This document shows positions 36,431 to 49,506 of a DNA stretch of 64,000 nucleotides, piece by piece. Every line of letters starts with the position of its first letter. Position 1 is the stretch's first letter. The notes beneath the pieces are model-generated. The model had not been told where the DNA came from and searched no databases. It worked only from the letters and a program-made list of their open reading frames with translations. The position numbers and the translations under genes were made by a program. Source of the DNA: Phoronis australis (Eukaryota; Animalia; Phoronida); assembly GCA_002633005.1 (NCBI GenBank), contig NMRA01000251.1, positions 249,997 to 313,996 on the forward strand, written 5' to 3'.

Positions 36431-36768
36431 GAAAAGTTTCCAGTGTTTAGAGGGCGTATGGGATGACTGCTGTCTCTACTGGGGCTTGTTTAGTTGGTGC
36501 CAGTGTCTATTGTATAATCCATCAGGGCAATGCAACGCCCCCTAGTGTTGGTATTAAGGAGCCACTACCAGCCTGTCACTACACCCCATCAGTCTTTAAA
36601 CATTTCAGCCCCATGTTTTCAAATGGCAGTAGTCAAATTCTGCTTACCAAGTGTCTAGTGTCATTTAGGTGATCAAAGACTGTAGAGGTTACAGTTATTA
36701 GCCCTGCAGTGTTGCACACTCTGAGCGACTGTTGAGCTTCAGTTTCACTCGTTTCGTTTGTGTTGCAG

Positions 36769-36841
36769 GTTACAGTTAAAGTGAGCAACAATAATGATGT
36801 TCAAGTGGATGATATATTTCAAAGGATTACAGCAGATATTG
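36769..36841 (+). CDS. FERM-like protein, exon 2 (GC donor)
   Basis: ttgcag|VTVKVSNNNDVQVDDIFQRITADI(G)|gcaagt. Confidence 0.72.
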
Positions 36842-38084
36842 GCAAGTAATTGTGGACTTACTCTCATGCCAAATTCATGCGACATTTCTTGAAAATGTAT
36901 TCCTTAAAGCTAAGTATTAAAACTGATCTTCCATTCAAGGACTCAAACTTCTTTTGATTTAGACCACCTGCCCCACTCTTTAAGCTGGTAGAGACTTGTT
37001 ACTTGCTCAGATGAAAACGTTTTTCTGGGCCTGCGTCGGAGCAAGGCCCAGATAATGCATGGGATACTAATAGTGAGGATGTGACACTGAGATCGGGTGC
37101 CATTTTCAATTTCCTGTCATAATTTTGCATCATGTTTTCCCTATTTTTGATATCAATTCCACATGTCAGATCATATTGAGTGACACTTTAAAAATGTTTG
37201 GGATAATTGAATGAAGTTCTTAGTACACGGTCAACGGCTTACATACTTAGTTAACGTTTTCAGCCTTCACTCTGAAGCCTTTCTTAAACTAATGACGACA
37301 TGATAGTCTGGGGAATGTGACGCCATTTTGTGTGAGAATGTCAGTATTATTACTAACACTGTAACTGTAGAGTTTCCTCTGGTTAGATTCTCTGCACAGT
37401 AAGATTACCGATGCAGATTTAAAAGCCTATAAGCCACCCCAGTTTTGTAGTACTAACCAAGCTTCATCTTTAACTAGTATACAGTGTTGCTGTCCCAATT
37501 ATTGATTGGTGTGTGTGTGTGCATGTACCAAGCGTCGAACCCTTGTTTCTAGACTAGAAGATTGGTTAAAGTTAAGGTACTGTAAGTACTGTAAGCTTTC
37601 CAGGTAAGGTGTAAATAGAAGTCGTGTGTTACGGTGCCTTCCTTCACCATGACATGGTGCAGAGCCTCGTTGTGAACAAGGCTGTCATACTTCCATCCTT
37701 GCCAGGTTGCTTCAACTTCAGAAGCCTTACACCCCCTCCCCCCTGTGGCTTACATGTAAAGATGACTGCCTGGTTCTCTAAATTTGGGCAGTGCTGACAG
37801 TAACGTACTGCCTGAGACCATGCTGAGCATGCAAAATGATCTGCTATGATCAGCTGATTTTTAAGCCTGGTCTCAAACAATAACACACTGTTACTCCCTC
37901 CATCCCCAAGCTGAAAAATCATTTCTTTTGCAAGTGTTCTAAATCACTAGCTCGTTTTTATGAATCAAGGCAGGCTTGGAGCAGCTTTAAGAGAAAAAAA
38001 ACATTCAAAACTTGTTTTCCACTGTGATAAGCCTTTTGTATTTATCATTGTTAAACCCGTATGACACCTATCATCTATGTTCAG

Positions 38085-38186
38085 GCCTGCAGAGCTCAAG
38101 TTGTCCATACTTCAGCTTGTTTCGTGGTAGGAACCGACCAATCAGAAGGTGTCGTCCAGGGGAGACTGTGGCAGCTGATACGAAAG
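38085..38186 (+). CDS. FERM-like protein, exon 3
   Basis: ttcag|(G)LQSSSCPYFSLFRGRNRPIRRCRPGETVAADTK|gtaatg; F1 motif G......YF.LF. Confidence 0.8.
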
Positions 38187-38400
38187 GTAATGTCCAGAAA
38201 CCATGTTGACGATTTGCATCTCTTATTACCATCACCAATCTATATACTACAGGGATTTGTAGTGAAGAAATGGTTGATGCTTGAGGTGAAGATTCCTAAA
38301 TTGTCCTGTATGCTTCATAGTGAAAATGCAACAGTGAGAAAAAGTTCCAACATGAATGTATGTCGTTCTTTCTCAGTAACACTGAGTTGTTCTGTTTCAG

Positions 38401-38514
38401 ATTTAACCATTCAACGGTGGTGTTTTGATGCCAAAGTTGAAACAAGTAAACTGTTGAGCGATGCCATAGCAACACATCTTTTGTTCCTTCAGGCAACAGA
38501 GGGAATATCATCAG
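38401..38514 (+). CDS. FERM-like protein, exon 4
   Basis: tttcag|(D)LTIQRWCFDAKVETSKLLSDAIATHLLFLQATEGISS|gtttgg; resembles the SNX27 LTIRKW.F...AV...F.QA..D..G segment. Confidence 0.82.
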
Positions 38515-39917
38515 GTTTGGTTTTAATGCATTCTTTTCAGACATTTATAGTTTAAAAGTTTACAGCGGCAAGAATTAGTGATTAAGATTTTTTCCGTCGC
38601 AGATGCAAACCAACGGTCATATACTGTTGTTTACATTTTTGAGCTTTTGAGTTCCAATGTTCTTTTTTGTCATCTGCTTTGTACATGTCAACAATATTGT
38701 AATGTTAAAGATTTACTTGATGCCGTGTACATGTATGTATAGCTAAAACACATTACGGCAAGCGTCGTTTAAGACGTATTCTCAGCAGGTGCATTCCATT
38801 ACTGAACTAGCTGTCCACCTGTAGGGGTCAGCAGTTGTGTTGTACCCACCACACTTCTGTTAGAACAAGCACAGGCATCTGAAAGTCCATTGTAATGATG
38901 TTATGATGCTTGAATGTACTCAGCTTTGCAAAATATAATCCTTGTGTTGTTTCACTACTCAATCATCCAAAGCTAATCTCACTTTAACCTGTTGCCCCCA
39001 GGCCAGCTTTAGGTAAGTGCTGTTGTTTTGACTTCTGTTTAATACTTTATCTGCTTTGACCAATTTGCTGCAACAAGACATGTCCCCATGCTATTGATAG
39101 GTGGCTAGTAAGACTCTTTATGACCAATATCTCCCTGAGATCACAACCATTGTTTGGAGATTCCAATCAGGTATCCAAAAAGACAAATCAATACTAGTCA
39201 CATGACCAGTAAACCGAACTCCAACTTCTCCTTACCATGACAGGGTGTTAAATCCATAGTCACGGTCATAGAATTTCGAGAGCATTTCTGTAAATCAAAA
39301 AATGATTTAGATGACCACAAGTCTAGCTCAGTCTTCTGGATTTTAACAGCTTTACCAATATAATGTTGTAATTGTTACTTCCATGTCAAGGGAGTTCTGA
39401 GTATTGTTTGTCTGACTTGATCAGTATGTTTCTTAGTGTCATGTTTGCAATGCCTGATTAGCAACGTAGCAGAAGTAGTATAAACTACTGGCAGTTTAAG
39501 AGACATCCATACCATAAACTTTTACTAGTTTCAACTCCTAAGGATTTATTTACCTCAGGTGCAAACATTTGTATCCGGACACCACCGTTTGAAATTGTGT
39601 GGGTTCAAAAGTGACGGCTTCACTGAGCAAGTGATGTTCTTGGAATTGTAGGTCCCGTGGTCCTGGCACAAGTGCGGGGCTTCCAATGAGTGGTGGTGTG
39701 AACTCCTGAATTTATCTTAATTCAATGCTTTGTTGTATGTTTTATGCGACCCCCAATAGCTCAGTCCGGCACTGCATGTTTCAGAGCAGTAAATGGGATG
39801 CTGTGTACCTTTAAAGTTGCTGAAGCATAGTTTGATAAATAAGGAACTGAAATTTCAAGTTAAGTTTTTTTACATTCTGCATTGAAGCAAAGTGTAAACT
39901 TTGAACCTTGTACTTAA

Positions 39918-40464
39918 AGAGGCATGGAAGATGGAAGCTTGTCAAAAATATCTTTTAAACAATTTCTGATGAAAGTGCCATCTCAAAACTTTTAGTTCAG
40001 TAATTCAATTTCCCCTGTGTGGCAATTTCCAGAAAAAAAATCACAAAATTCACGTTACTTCAAATACGTGCGAGGGAAAATCTTTGTGGTTACCACAGAG
40101 TTTCTAATCTCCCTCCCACATGATAAATGCGCAGATGCGCTCACAGTCAGTTGCTTGAATTCGCTTGAGGTCTAAGGTCACATGTTCCACATCAAGGAAA
40201 TGTGCTACGTCTGTGTCTTGCCATACCAAATAAGGAGATGTACTTTGCCGTGTGGGAGAAAAATTTGATGAAGTGGCGAGCATTTGACAGGTTTTTCTTT
40301 GAAATTTGAAACTAAAAGAGAATGCTTTGATATCAACAGAAATTAAAAATCTTTACGCACAAACCCAAAAAAATGCCTGGTGAACAGGTTGAATTCTGTT
40401 TCAGTGACAGAGAACCACAGACTTTCGGTATTGCCATAGTCTGTTTATCCCATTCCAGGCCTCT
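39918..40464. mobile_element. TTAA-flanked MITE (Kolobok-like)
   Basis: ttaa|agaggcatggaa ... ttccaggcctct|ttaa, plus degenerate subterminal inverted repeats. Confidence 0.75.
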
Positions 40465-41195
40465 TTAATATCACCAAAGTCACGTTTCTTTGAAGTCTGA
40501 CAGTTGTTGTGACAAAATTTAGTTGACGTTCCAGCAAAGTATGACTTTGCCAAAGGCCTACAACTGGCTTGTGCAAAAATCAATACGTCGTAAAAACTCG
40601 TAAAATCTTTGATTGGTTTCAGTTCAAAAGATGTCGAAAATGCTTTAAAAACAAAGCTTTGGCAACTTTAAGTTTGGAGGATTATGTACCCTCGTACGCA
40701 CGTATACATTAGGCTCACGCGCTTAAATGTATATGTGACGCTGGCATTCTATCCACAATGAGGCACTCGTGCATAAATGTGTGAAATGTGAAAAACCGAG
40801 TAGCACATTTTTAAAATATGATGCGAGTTAACTTTGACTCATACTGTATGTTACAATTGTATGTGCATGTAGACTAAATCCCTGGCATCATGCTGTTATT
40901 CCCCAATGTCACAATTTTTTTCACCAGAAAACTTGTTCTCAAATATACTTAGCAGATAACGGGCTATGTTGTGTTGTTATATTCACATTATGTTGCATTT
41001 AATTTATTCGTACTTGTAATCACAAGGATATGACTCCCAAGCTAATGAAGCTTAACCCAGTGACAGCTTTTCTGTTTTAAAATTAACCACAGGACCCCCA
41101 GTTTGTGTAAATCTGGCTACGTTTTAAGTGTTGACCTTTCACCCCTGTTCCTTACTGAACAAGTTCCTCCCTCTATTCAGTTTGTTCTACTGCAG

Positions 41196-41365
41196 GTAGA
41201 CTGAGGCCCAGTAGTGATGACTTACATCAACTGGAGGAGTTCTTAGATCCATCGTTTGTCCTTGAGAACCGCTATGTAGCCACGTGTCAGACTTTGCCAA
41301 GGTACTGGTCACAACGGTTCACAGACTGTGTCCTCCTGCAGGACTTCAGCACAGAATCATTACAT
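41196..41365 (+). CDS. FERM-like protein, exon 5
   Basis: ctgcag|(G)RLRPSSDDLHQLEEF...YVATCQTLPRYWSQRFTDCVLLQDFSTESLH|gtaagt; resembles SNX17 FL.LAQTL..YG..RF..C. Confidence 0.85.
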
Positions 41366-41714
41366 GTAAGTGAACCGGGCTTGTCCCTTGAGGATGAATG
41401 CTACCTTTTTTGAGGTTAATAAGTTCAGTAAAACTGCAAAACTAGTTAATTTGGAAAGACTTTTTTCTTGTTGGTTATTGTTCCCTTATTTCTTAAGCAT
41501 GCAATGATGGGAAGAGGCGTAAACCCTCCCATGATGGTTCGGAATTCATTTCCTTTGAGCAACCAGAATGGATATCGTATGTAGGTCATTTGTGTTTGAT
41601 CCAAGGAAGTGAAGAACCGAGGTGGGGCCTACTGTTGGGTAATTTACGGCATGTTCCGATTCCACCATAGATAGTAAGTACCATACACACCAGCGGGACT
41701 GTAGTTGGCACAGA

Positions 41715-42427
41715 CATGTCTCTCCGAGATAACCACCTATCTGTATTTTACAAATAACTCTCAGGGATAACCATGGTTCTGTATTTTACAAATGTCTCTC
41801 CACGATAATCAGGGATATGTATTTTACAGATCCCTCTCCAAGATAACCATGGATCTGTATTTTAGAGATCTCTCTCTGAGATAACCATGGATCTGTATTT
41901 TATAACTCTCTCCGAGATTACCATGAATCTGTATTTCTACAAACTATCTCTCCTGGATAACCATGGATGTATTTTACAACTGTGTCTCTGAGATAACCAT
42001 GGATCTATTTTACAAAGGTCTCTGAGATAACCATGGATCTGTATTTTACAAATGTCTCTGGGATAACCGTGGATCTGTATTTTGCAAAATTAATGTCTCT
42101 CTGAGATAACCATGTATCTGTATTTTGCAAATGTCTCTGAGATAACCATGGATCTGTATTTTCAAATGTCTCTCTGAGGTAACCATGCATCTGCATTTTG
42201 CAAATGTCTCTCTGAGATAACCATTTATCTGTATTTTGCAAATGTCTCTCGGAGATAACCATGCATCTGTATTTTGCAAATGTCTCTCTGAGATAACCAT
42301 GTGTCTGTATTTTGCAAATGCCTCTCTGAGATAACCATGCATCTGTATTTTGCATATGTCTCTGAGATAACCATGCATCTGTATTTTGCAAATGTCTCTC
42401 TGAGATAACCATGTGTCTGTATTTTAC
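41715..42427. repeat. ~30-32-bp minisatellite (>20 copies) in an intron
   Basis: Unit tctctctgagataaccatg[g/c]atctgtattttgcaaatg. Confidence 0.95.
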
Positions 42428-42899
42428 GCAGGCTACATCAGATTGAGTTGTTTTCCTCCTCAAGTTACTTCCTTGTATCAGTGTTTCCCAGGCACAACAA
42501 AAGCACGAGTTGTTCTAAAACTCCCTTAACCCCCTTGACTCCCTCACCCAACAACCCACCCCCTCGACCCACGACACATGACCCCCAGAACCCNNNNNNN
42601 NNNNNNNNNNNNNNNNNNNNNNNNNNNNNNNNNNNNNNNNNNNNNNNNNNNNNNNNNNNNNNNNNNNNNNNNNNNNNNNNNNNNNNNNNNNNNNNNNNNN
42701 NNNNNNNNNNNNNNNNNNNNNNNNNNNNNNNNNNNNNNNNNNNNNNNNNNNNNNNNNNNNNNNNNNNNNNNNNNNNNNNNNNNNNNNNNNNNNNNNNNNN
42801 NNNNNNNNNNNNNNNNNNNNNNNNNNNNNNNNNNNNNNNNNNNNNNNNNNNNNNNNNNNNNNNNNNNNNNNNNNNATGTGATTTTGTATAATGTTCTAG

Positions 42900-43142
42900 C
42901 TTCCAAAGAACATCAAGGTTACTTTGTATGTTGGACGAGACGGTGTAGAGATAGAAACTGGAGAAACTTCTTACCTTACACCGTGGCGCCATCTCAAGTG
43001 CTGGTCAAGAGATGCAGACACAGCATCCACAGTCTCATTTGACCTTTTGACCTCTGTATTCAAACTGACCACACTGCACATAGCTACAGATCAGGCAGAG
43101 TTGATGCTGGCGGTTGTCATGGAGATTGTCAAGGTGTTGCAG
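42900..43142 (+). CDS. FERM-like protein, exon 6 (F3/PTB-like lobe)
   Basis: ttctag|LPKNIKVTLYVGRDGV...PWRHLKCW...VSFD...LHIATDQAELMLAVVMEIVKVLQ|gtgagt; 81 codons, phase 0-0. Confidence 0.85.
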
Positions 43143-43369
43143 GTGAGTGAAAGGTTTTTGTGTTTCTCTTGACAGTTTATGCTGTGACATGAATTTTTTC
43201 ATCAACTCAATTCCACCTTAGTTGTGTATACTTGAGTTGAATGTCATGATGGTTGGAGTCCTAATCCACATTTTTGGAGCTGGAAAATGTTTGGGTAGGT
43301 CCTGAACCGAAATGCCTACGGCATCTCTTTTGGTCATGTCTCTCAGGTGGGTGTGCTATCCCACGTTTG

Positions 43370-43760
43370 GCCATGTCCATCAGGTGACCTGTACTTTGAT
43401 TAAATGGCCACACCTACATAAACATCTTATTAAAACTGTTTGTGCTTTGTGAAACTTTAGAATTTTTGTCATGGAAACCATGAGAGTCCTGCTTTGAAAG
43501 CCCCTGATACAAAAGTGGAACATTCCAAAAGCAATTGTTGAGACCGTTTTGGAGAAAAGTTTATGACAGTTTCATGAGAAACTGATCAGCCTTTTCTGAG
43601 ATGTGATGTTCCCAAGGGAGACAATTTTGGTCATGAAAACCATGACCATGTCCATCACGTGACCTGTACTTGGGGCCGTATCCACATAAACTCATGGTGA
43701 AAAATGTTTTTGTTTCGTGAAACTTGAGATTTTTTGTTATGAAGACAATGAATGTCCTAC
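43370..43760. repeat. Diverged ~275-bp tandem duplication
   Basis: ccatgtccatca.gtgacctgtactt...gtgaaactt.aga.tttttgt.atg at ~43371 and ~43646. Confidence 0.65.
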
Positions 43761-43822
43761 ATTGGACTTTTCTCTGAGGTCCTACATTACCATCAGTGGT
43801 TAGCTGTAGTTTCTGGTTTCAG

Positions 43823-43927
43823 TCAGAGGATGACAATGCTCCTGCTTTCCTCACCTCCATGATTAAAACAAAAGAAGACGTGATGACTCACTGGAACAAT
43901 GTGCTTTACAACCCAGATACCGAGTAA
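43823..43927 (+). CDS. FERM-like protein, probable last exon
   Basis: ggtttcag|SEDDNAPAFLTSMIKTKEDVMTHWNNVLYNPDTE*; phase 0. Confidence 0.6.
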   Translation, partial: SEDDNAPAFLTSMIKTKEDVMTHWNNVLYNPDTE

Positions 43928-45059
43928 CTGTATGTGTCAAAGGTCAGATGTCAAGAGGTGAAAGGGCAGCTGTGATGAAGTGATGTGATGACACTACACT
44001 TAGCCAGCCTCAGAGACTGTATCTTAGGATCCCAATGCCAAGTTACCATAGATATGTCGAAGGCTGGATGTCATCAGGTGAAAATGCAGCTGTGTTATAC
44101 AGTTTTCAACTTCTATTTAATTTTGCTCGGACACTTGGAAACAAAATTAGGAAAATCTTTTATTCTCGATGTTAAGATTGTGTTCAATTTTCAGTGTTGT
44201 GACTTGCAGCCAGGTAATTTTAAGACTTTTTCGACAATCATTATTGTTAATTAGTTCATAAATGTTATGATAAGTTTCACACAGATCTGACGGGCATCCA
44301 GGGTCTGTTGCTAGTCACCGTGGTAAACAAAAAACACTGGAAAAATAGGTGGCCGTTTTCTTAGTGTTCATTTCAATACTTCTCCAACCACGGTAATCAT
44401 GACACTGAACTTCATACATGGCTGTCCATTCATTTACTCGAATACATTGTCCAGGTGTTCTATATTATAACATAGTGCAACATACCTGAGGATTTAGGTG
44501 AGCTTTTAATGCCTGTCAGGACTGGCTCTAATGAACATACACTGTACGTCACACTACTGGCTTCCATTTGGACTGCATCACACTTTCATTGTACAAACAA
44601 CAGAGGGTGCTTTCTGAATGTGTCAGTTCAAACTAAATATTCCTTACGTGGTTTGTTTGCATGTGTGGATTTAAACGAATTTGTCAGAATAAAGTGATTT
44701 TTCTTCAAAATATTTCATTTTTTCAGCATGTGCGAGCCCTGTTATATACATGTAGGCCGTGTGTCAGCAAGGATCTGTTTCCAGAGATAAAATATGAGCT
44801 GGGTTTGGTTTTATGCCTACATTCTATATTTGGTGCACTTTGCGGCCATCTCTGTCTGGGTGCATGGGCGGATCCAGGGTTTTGAGTTGGGGGGGCAGGG
44901 CAGAGTATCAGCCAGGATTTTGCCTGTCAGGTATTGGCACTCCGGAACTTCCCAATGGAATATTGGAGAAATTTAGGGGGGGCCATGGCCCCCTTGACCC
45001 CCCTTTAAATTGGCAACTGGGGTGTCCGGCGTCCACGGCTGTATCTCCTACACTGTAAA

Positions 45060-46592
45060 CCCCTCACAGGATCTTGATGAGATTTGGCAGATGTGCTCGA
45101 CGCATGAAGCTTGCGACGAATGATGGCGAATTTCAGACTTCTCCGGATATTGGTGTGATCCTTAGTGGTAATTCTATCTTTTTATGCTTACCTCTTTGTC
45201 TTTGGAGGTCTTCGATGGATTTTCATCGCAGTTATGCATCTATTAGGAAGATGACGCTTTTCTCGCGTTTTCGGATGTACTTCGCGACTCCTGGTGGCCA
45301 TTTTTACTTTTTTGGAGTCTTGTCATCAGTTTGGCGTCCGCCTGTCTGTCAACCAAACCGCTCTAGGGATGGTTGTGAAAATTGGCACATGTGTTCTTGC
45401 TAGGAAGAAGGCGGCTGACGATGATTTTCCGCCGACTTTGAGTACTGCCAGTTTTGTTTGTTTGTTTGTTTTCGCACCCATGACTATATCTCCAAATCGA
45501 GTCGTGCAACAGTATCTTTATTAAGTTTCGAAAGTGTATTTGTATGAAGTTGCAGATGATGACGATTTTGGGACGTATCGGACAACTGGTGTGCCCCCTA
45601 CTTGCAATTTTAGTCTGCGGTCACCTTCTTATCTTCAAAGGTCCTCGAAGCATTTTAATCAAATTTGCCAGCTAGGCATCTATTAGTGAGGTGGCGTTAT
45701 CATCCTGTTTTCGAGATATTTTGCAACGCCTAGTGGCCGTTTTTACTGTTTTCAAGTCTGTCTTTTTTCGTCTGCCCCTCTGCCCACCAAACCTTTCTAA
45801 TGATGATTGTGGGAATTGGCATGTACCGTAAGAACGGGTGTGTTCCTAATGCGAAGAGGATGGATGACAATAATTTTTCGACAGTCTTGACTACTGTGGC
45901 AGGCTTTTACGCCCATGGCTGTACCTCCTAAACACTCATCAGAATTTTCATTTAATTTAGCATGTGTGACAGTATTTATATGAAGTTGACCACGAACGAC
46001 GACGATTTTCAGACGGATCCGACAAACACATTGTGCCTCCCCAGTGGCATTTTATTTTTTTCCGTTTTCCTTTGCTTCTCTGAGGCTGTTTATTGCATTT
46101 TATGAAATTGTGTAAATACATGTAGCTTTCTATTGAAACGATGGCATGTTCTTGCTTACACTTGGGTTCGACATATTTGCGCCATCTAGAAGTCATTTTT
46201 CTGTTTTTTGGCAACCACCTTTCTATCAACGAAACCATTCCCAGTGAAAGGATCGATTTTGAAAATTAGCATATACATGTATGTTTTTAGTGTGTAATGG
46301 ACGGTTGACAACGATTTTCCAACGACTTTAACTAATATGACGCCTCCTAGTGGCAGTTATGTTTTTTCGCCCATAGCCACTTAGTGCAATTTCATTTTTT
46401 CCGTTTTCCACGGTTTCTGAGAAGTTCTTTGGCGGATTTGTACATGTATGAAATAGTTTTGATGACCTATACCAGGGTAGATTTGACATATTTTGCACCA
46501 TGTAATGGCCATTTGTATTAAACAAATATACACCCCTAGTAGCACACCGTTTGCCATGCATTCGTGGGTGCATTTCAACGCTTGTTGTTCTT
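45060..46592 (+). repeat. Old non-coding repeat with internal ~430-600-bp units (possibly a Helentron/HINE-like element)
   Basis: cct[ag]gtggc...tttt at ~45290, ~45729 and ~46345; ends with a small hairpin atgcattcgtgggtgcat followed by cttgtt. Confidence 0.35.
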
Positions 46593-48393
46593 GATAACAG
46601 TGGAAATAATAAAAAAACGCAGTGTCTGAAACGATAGGTTTAAAAAAGCAACAAGTTCTTCAATCTGCTTTACTTTCCTGCTATTGTCTCTCATTAATCA
46701 GCGGGTAAGCTTAATATTTGTTTACGTGTGTAGTGCCTGTTATAGAAAACCATTGTCATTTTTTAACCTCTTTCATAAAAAGCCGGATCCTTCTTCGTAC
46801 GGTGTGCATTATTCATACATAAATAAACATTCGTTATTCCTGGTTTTTGGCTTTTTCTTTTGATGATGTTTTTTGTTTTGTTTGATTTGTTCAGTAATGA
46901 TTGTTAGCACACCTTTTGCTGTTTTTAAATAAATATGTTGCCTCATGTTTGCTGGTCGTATTTCTGGTGTGACAATTTCTCTTTTGCGTCCCTTGCAAAA
47001 AGATTAAATTGATATTCCTGAACCAATTCCCCAGGATAGGATCCCAGTACAGCCCGGATTCTGATAGGATCCTATTAAATTTTGTTTCTGAATTCCTGCA
47101 TAATTCGCGTACTGGATTCCCTATTGGAAATCCAGTATGAACCTATTGAGTTTTGTACAAATTCCTAATGGACACCATTTTGGATTAAGTAGGAATTCCT
47201 TTGGACTTTCGTACTAGCAGCCGACTAGAAAAAGCTTGCAGTTGGAAAAATATGCAAAGTAATGAGATACCAATTTCGGACACAATGTGAAACAAGTATT
47301 GTATTGGGCAACATTAATTGCTTTCTATGTTTACGTTTGGTACCGCACCTACATGTACGTGTACCGTCAAGTAAAGTTTTGAAAAAATTCGGGCATTTAC
47401 AACGATGTTAGCAGCCATTGCAAAATGAAGAAAGGGATTTTAGGAATTAACCGAATTTGGTGGGAGTTTACTGTACACTTGCTGACCGACTATTTCTACG
47501 TACATGTAATAAAAAAGTGCCTCAGAATATATGCAGCGCAAGGACAGTTGTTTGTCTTTAGCGATATTTGTTGATTGAGATGAAATGTGACACTTAGTGA
47601 GTCTGTTATTGTAATTTGAAGTGACTATAATGGGGCTTGCGTCATATCCACAGAAGATACATGTACTCTAGAAATTATAGTTTACGTTTATTTTGAGCAA
47701 GATACGTATATCTAACGTGTACCTTGACGTTTCAAAAGTGATATCCGCTCACAAGTGCAGTGTTTCCCCCATCGGCATTTGCTAATTGGTATGTCGCTCG
47801 TCAGTCACTAATTATTTTGTTCCTATGGGCTTACGAAATGTAGAAAAACTCACAAATAAGGTTCCGCACATCACGAACAATAGGTTACAAAGCATAACGA
47901 TTTAACTTAAAATTGCTGGTGGCAGTGATAACATGACATTTTATATTGCATATTCTTTATGGTTTTCATCATTATTTCCTGTGGACATTCTTATAGGAAG
48001 TGTGTCATGGTTTGAAATGTTTCCAGTCCAAGCAATCACAAAAGCGACTTTCACGAAAAACTTGTTCCGCGACATCAGGTTTTCTAAGCGGTGCGACCCC
48101 TTTTGTTTGTTTCTTGAATTAAAGGTTGGTCTTATGCTCCACGCAGGTATTTCTGAAAAACAGATCTTACTTGAGCAAAAGTACAAAATCTCTCAGTTGA
48201 AAAGAGGTGAATGGGCGTACCCTGAATGCTGTTTGTTACTTCAATAACATCGGTTTGTACATGTATACTCTATAAAATTCTCTAATACGCCACTACGCAA
48301 GCACAACACACATATAGATCGAAATTGTGGCACTAATCTTGCTGCACAGGTAAATGTATTGATGGCAGTTTACCGAAAACAAGCCAGGTTAAC

Positions 48394-49506
48394 CTAGCTA
48401 AACATCTTCAGCTGTGGAAATTGTTGTTTCGGACTTCTACACTTGCCAACAGCCCACCACTTTTGAATGTTTCCATACGTTTTGCAGTTAAGATTCCCTT
48501 GGTGAAGTTTGTAGCAGAGCTGACAAAAACTGGTCATGTATTTGTTTTCTTTGATACCTTTGGTAAAGTAATTTCGTTTCCACTCAAAGTAGCTGTTGAA
48601 CAACGTTTCGTTAACAGAAACCTTATGGATATATCGAGACATCTCTTCTATCGATCCGTAGTCAGCCACGTTTATGTAGCTATTAGGCGGCAATATCTTA
48701 GAGTAGTTGGCACCTCCAAATACAATTGGTATTAAACCGTAAGGTTCGTAAGTCTTGAAAAGTTTTTCAGTGGCATAATCGTCACACAGGCTGTTCTCAA
48801 AGGCTAAGTAAAATTTGTACTGCCCCGTAAGTTGTTCTTCGCAGTCTTTATTGCACGGCGCTTTACCGCACCCACCAAAAATATCCACTTTCATATTTTT
48901 TTTAAGATGTGCAACGACCTCTTGTCGGCGACTTGGTGGACTGCAATTGCTAACTAACCAAAGGATGTCTTTTGTCCTATTTTTGAATGAATTGTGGGTA
49001 TTTAGTAGCGTTCTTGGTCTGTGTCTCTTGATGAATCTTCCGTAGGGCACTGGTATGTCGGAATCTGGGCGGTAGGTCATCGTATAGTTGAACATGCCGG
49101 CGAAACGATTCAGGTTAGGAGTGTGAACTGGCGATTCCAGTAAAAAGAATACGACATATTGCCAAGGTTGTCGAGGACTCGGTAAAGGTGAAACCGGATT
49201 CCTTGGGTGTATTATAATTGCCTTGCTTTCGTTAAATCGCAATTTCACATTTGTAATTTCACACGTCACGTTGCACTCGCTTAGATATTTGGTCTTTCCA
49301 ACCTTAATGCCCCACTCAGCATTCGAAAAAAAATCCGTCCAGAACAGAATCACCGGCGGCTTCGGTTGTATTCTCGGTTTCACTAAAGTGTTCTTTTTTG
49401 GCATATTGAAAGTTTCTGAAATAAGAACAACGTTAACTTTATTAAAATACGACTTTTCAGGCCAAGTAGGGACAGAACTGAACAATTGCTCATCGATGAA
49501 AATTGA
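48394..49506 (-). CDS. Alpha-1,3-fucosyltransferase (GT10), catalytic exon
   Basis: ILFWT, ESP, FNYTMTYRPDSD, VSNC, VDIFG.CG, alpha-1,3-FucT motif YKFYLAFENSLCDDYATEKL, PIVFG, Y..YF.W, FCQLC. Exact acceptor uncertain (49480-49510). Confidence 0.95.
   Translation of the reverse strand, partial: SIFIDEQLFSSVPTWPEKSYFNKVNVVLISETFNMPKKNTLVKPRIQPKPPVILFWTDFFSNAEWGIKVGKTKYLSECNVTCEITNVKLRFNESKAIIIHPRNPVSPLPSPRQPWQYVVFFLLESPVHTPNLNRFAGMFNYTMTYRPDSDIPVPYGRFIKRHRPRTLLNTHNSFKNRTKDILWLVSNCSPPSRRQEVVAHLKKNMKVDIFGGCGKAPCNKDCEEQLTGQYKFYLAFENSLCDDYATEKLFKTYEPYGLIPIVFGGANYSKILPPNSYINVADYGSIEEMSRYIHKVSVNETLFNSYFEWKRNYFTKGIKENKYMTSFCQLCYKLHQGNLNCKTYGNIQKWWAVGKCRSPKQQFPQLKMFS

Noticed and set aside
41715-42427. 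~31-bp array and ORFs 42005-42463 / 42046-42378
   Set aside because: No unique spacers; the ORFs are artefacts of the minisatellite.
42448-43042. Long ORFs spanning the N-run
   Set aside because: Created by the assembly gap; the real exon is 42900-43142.
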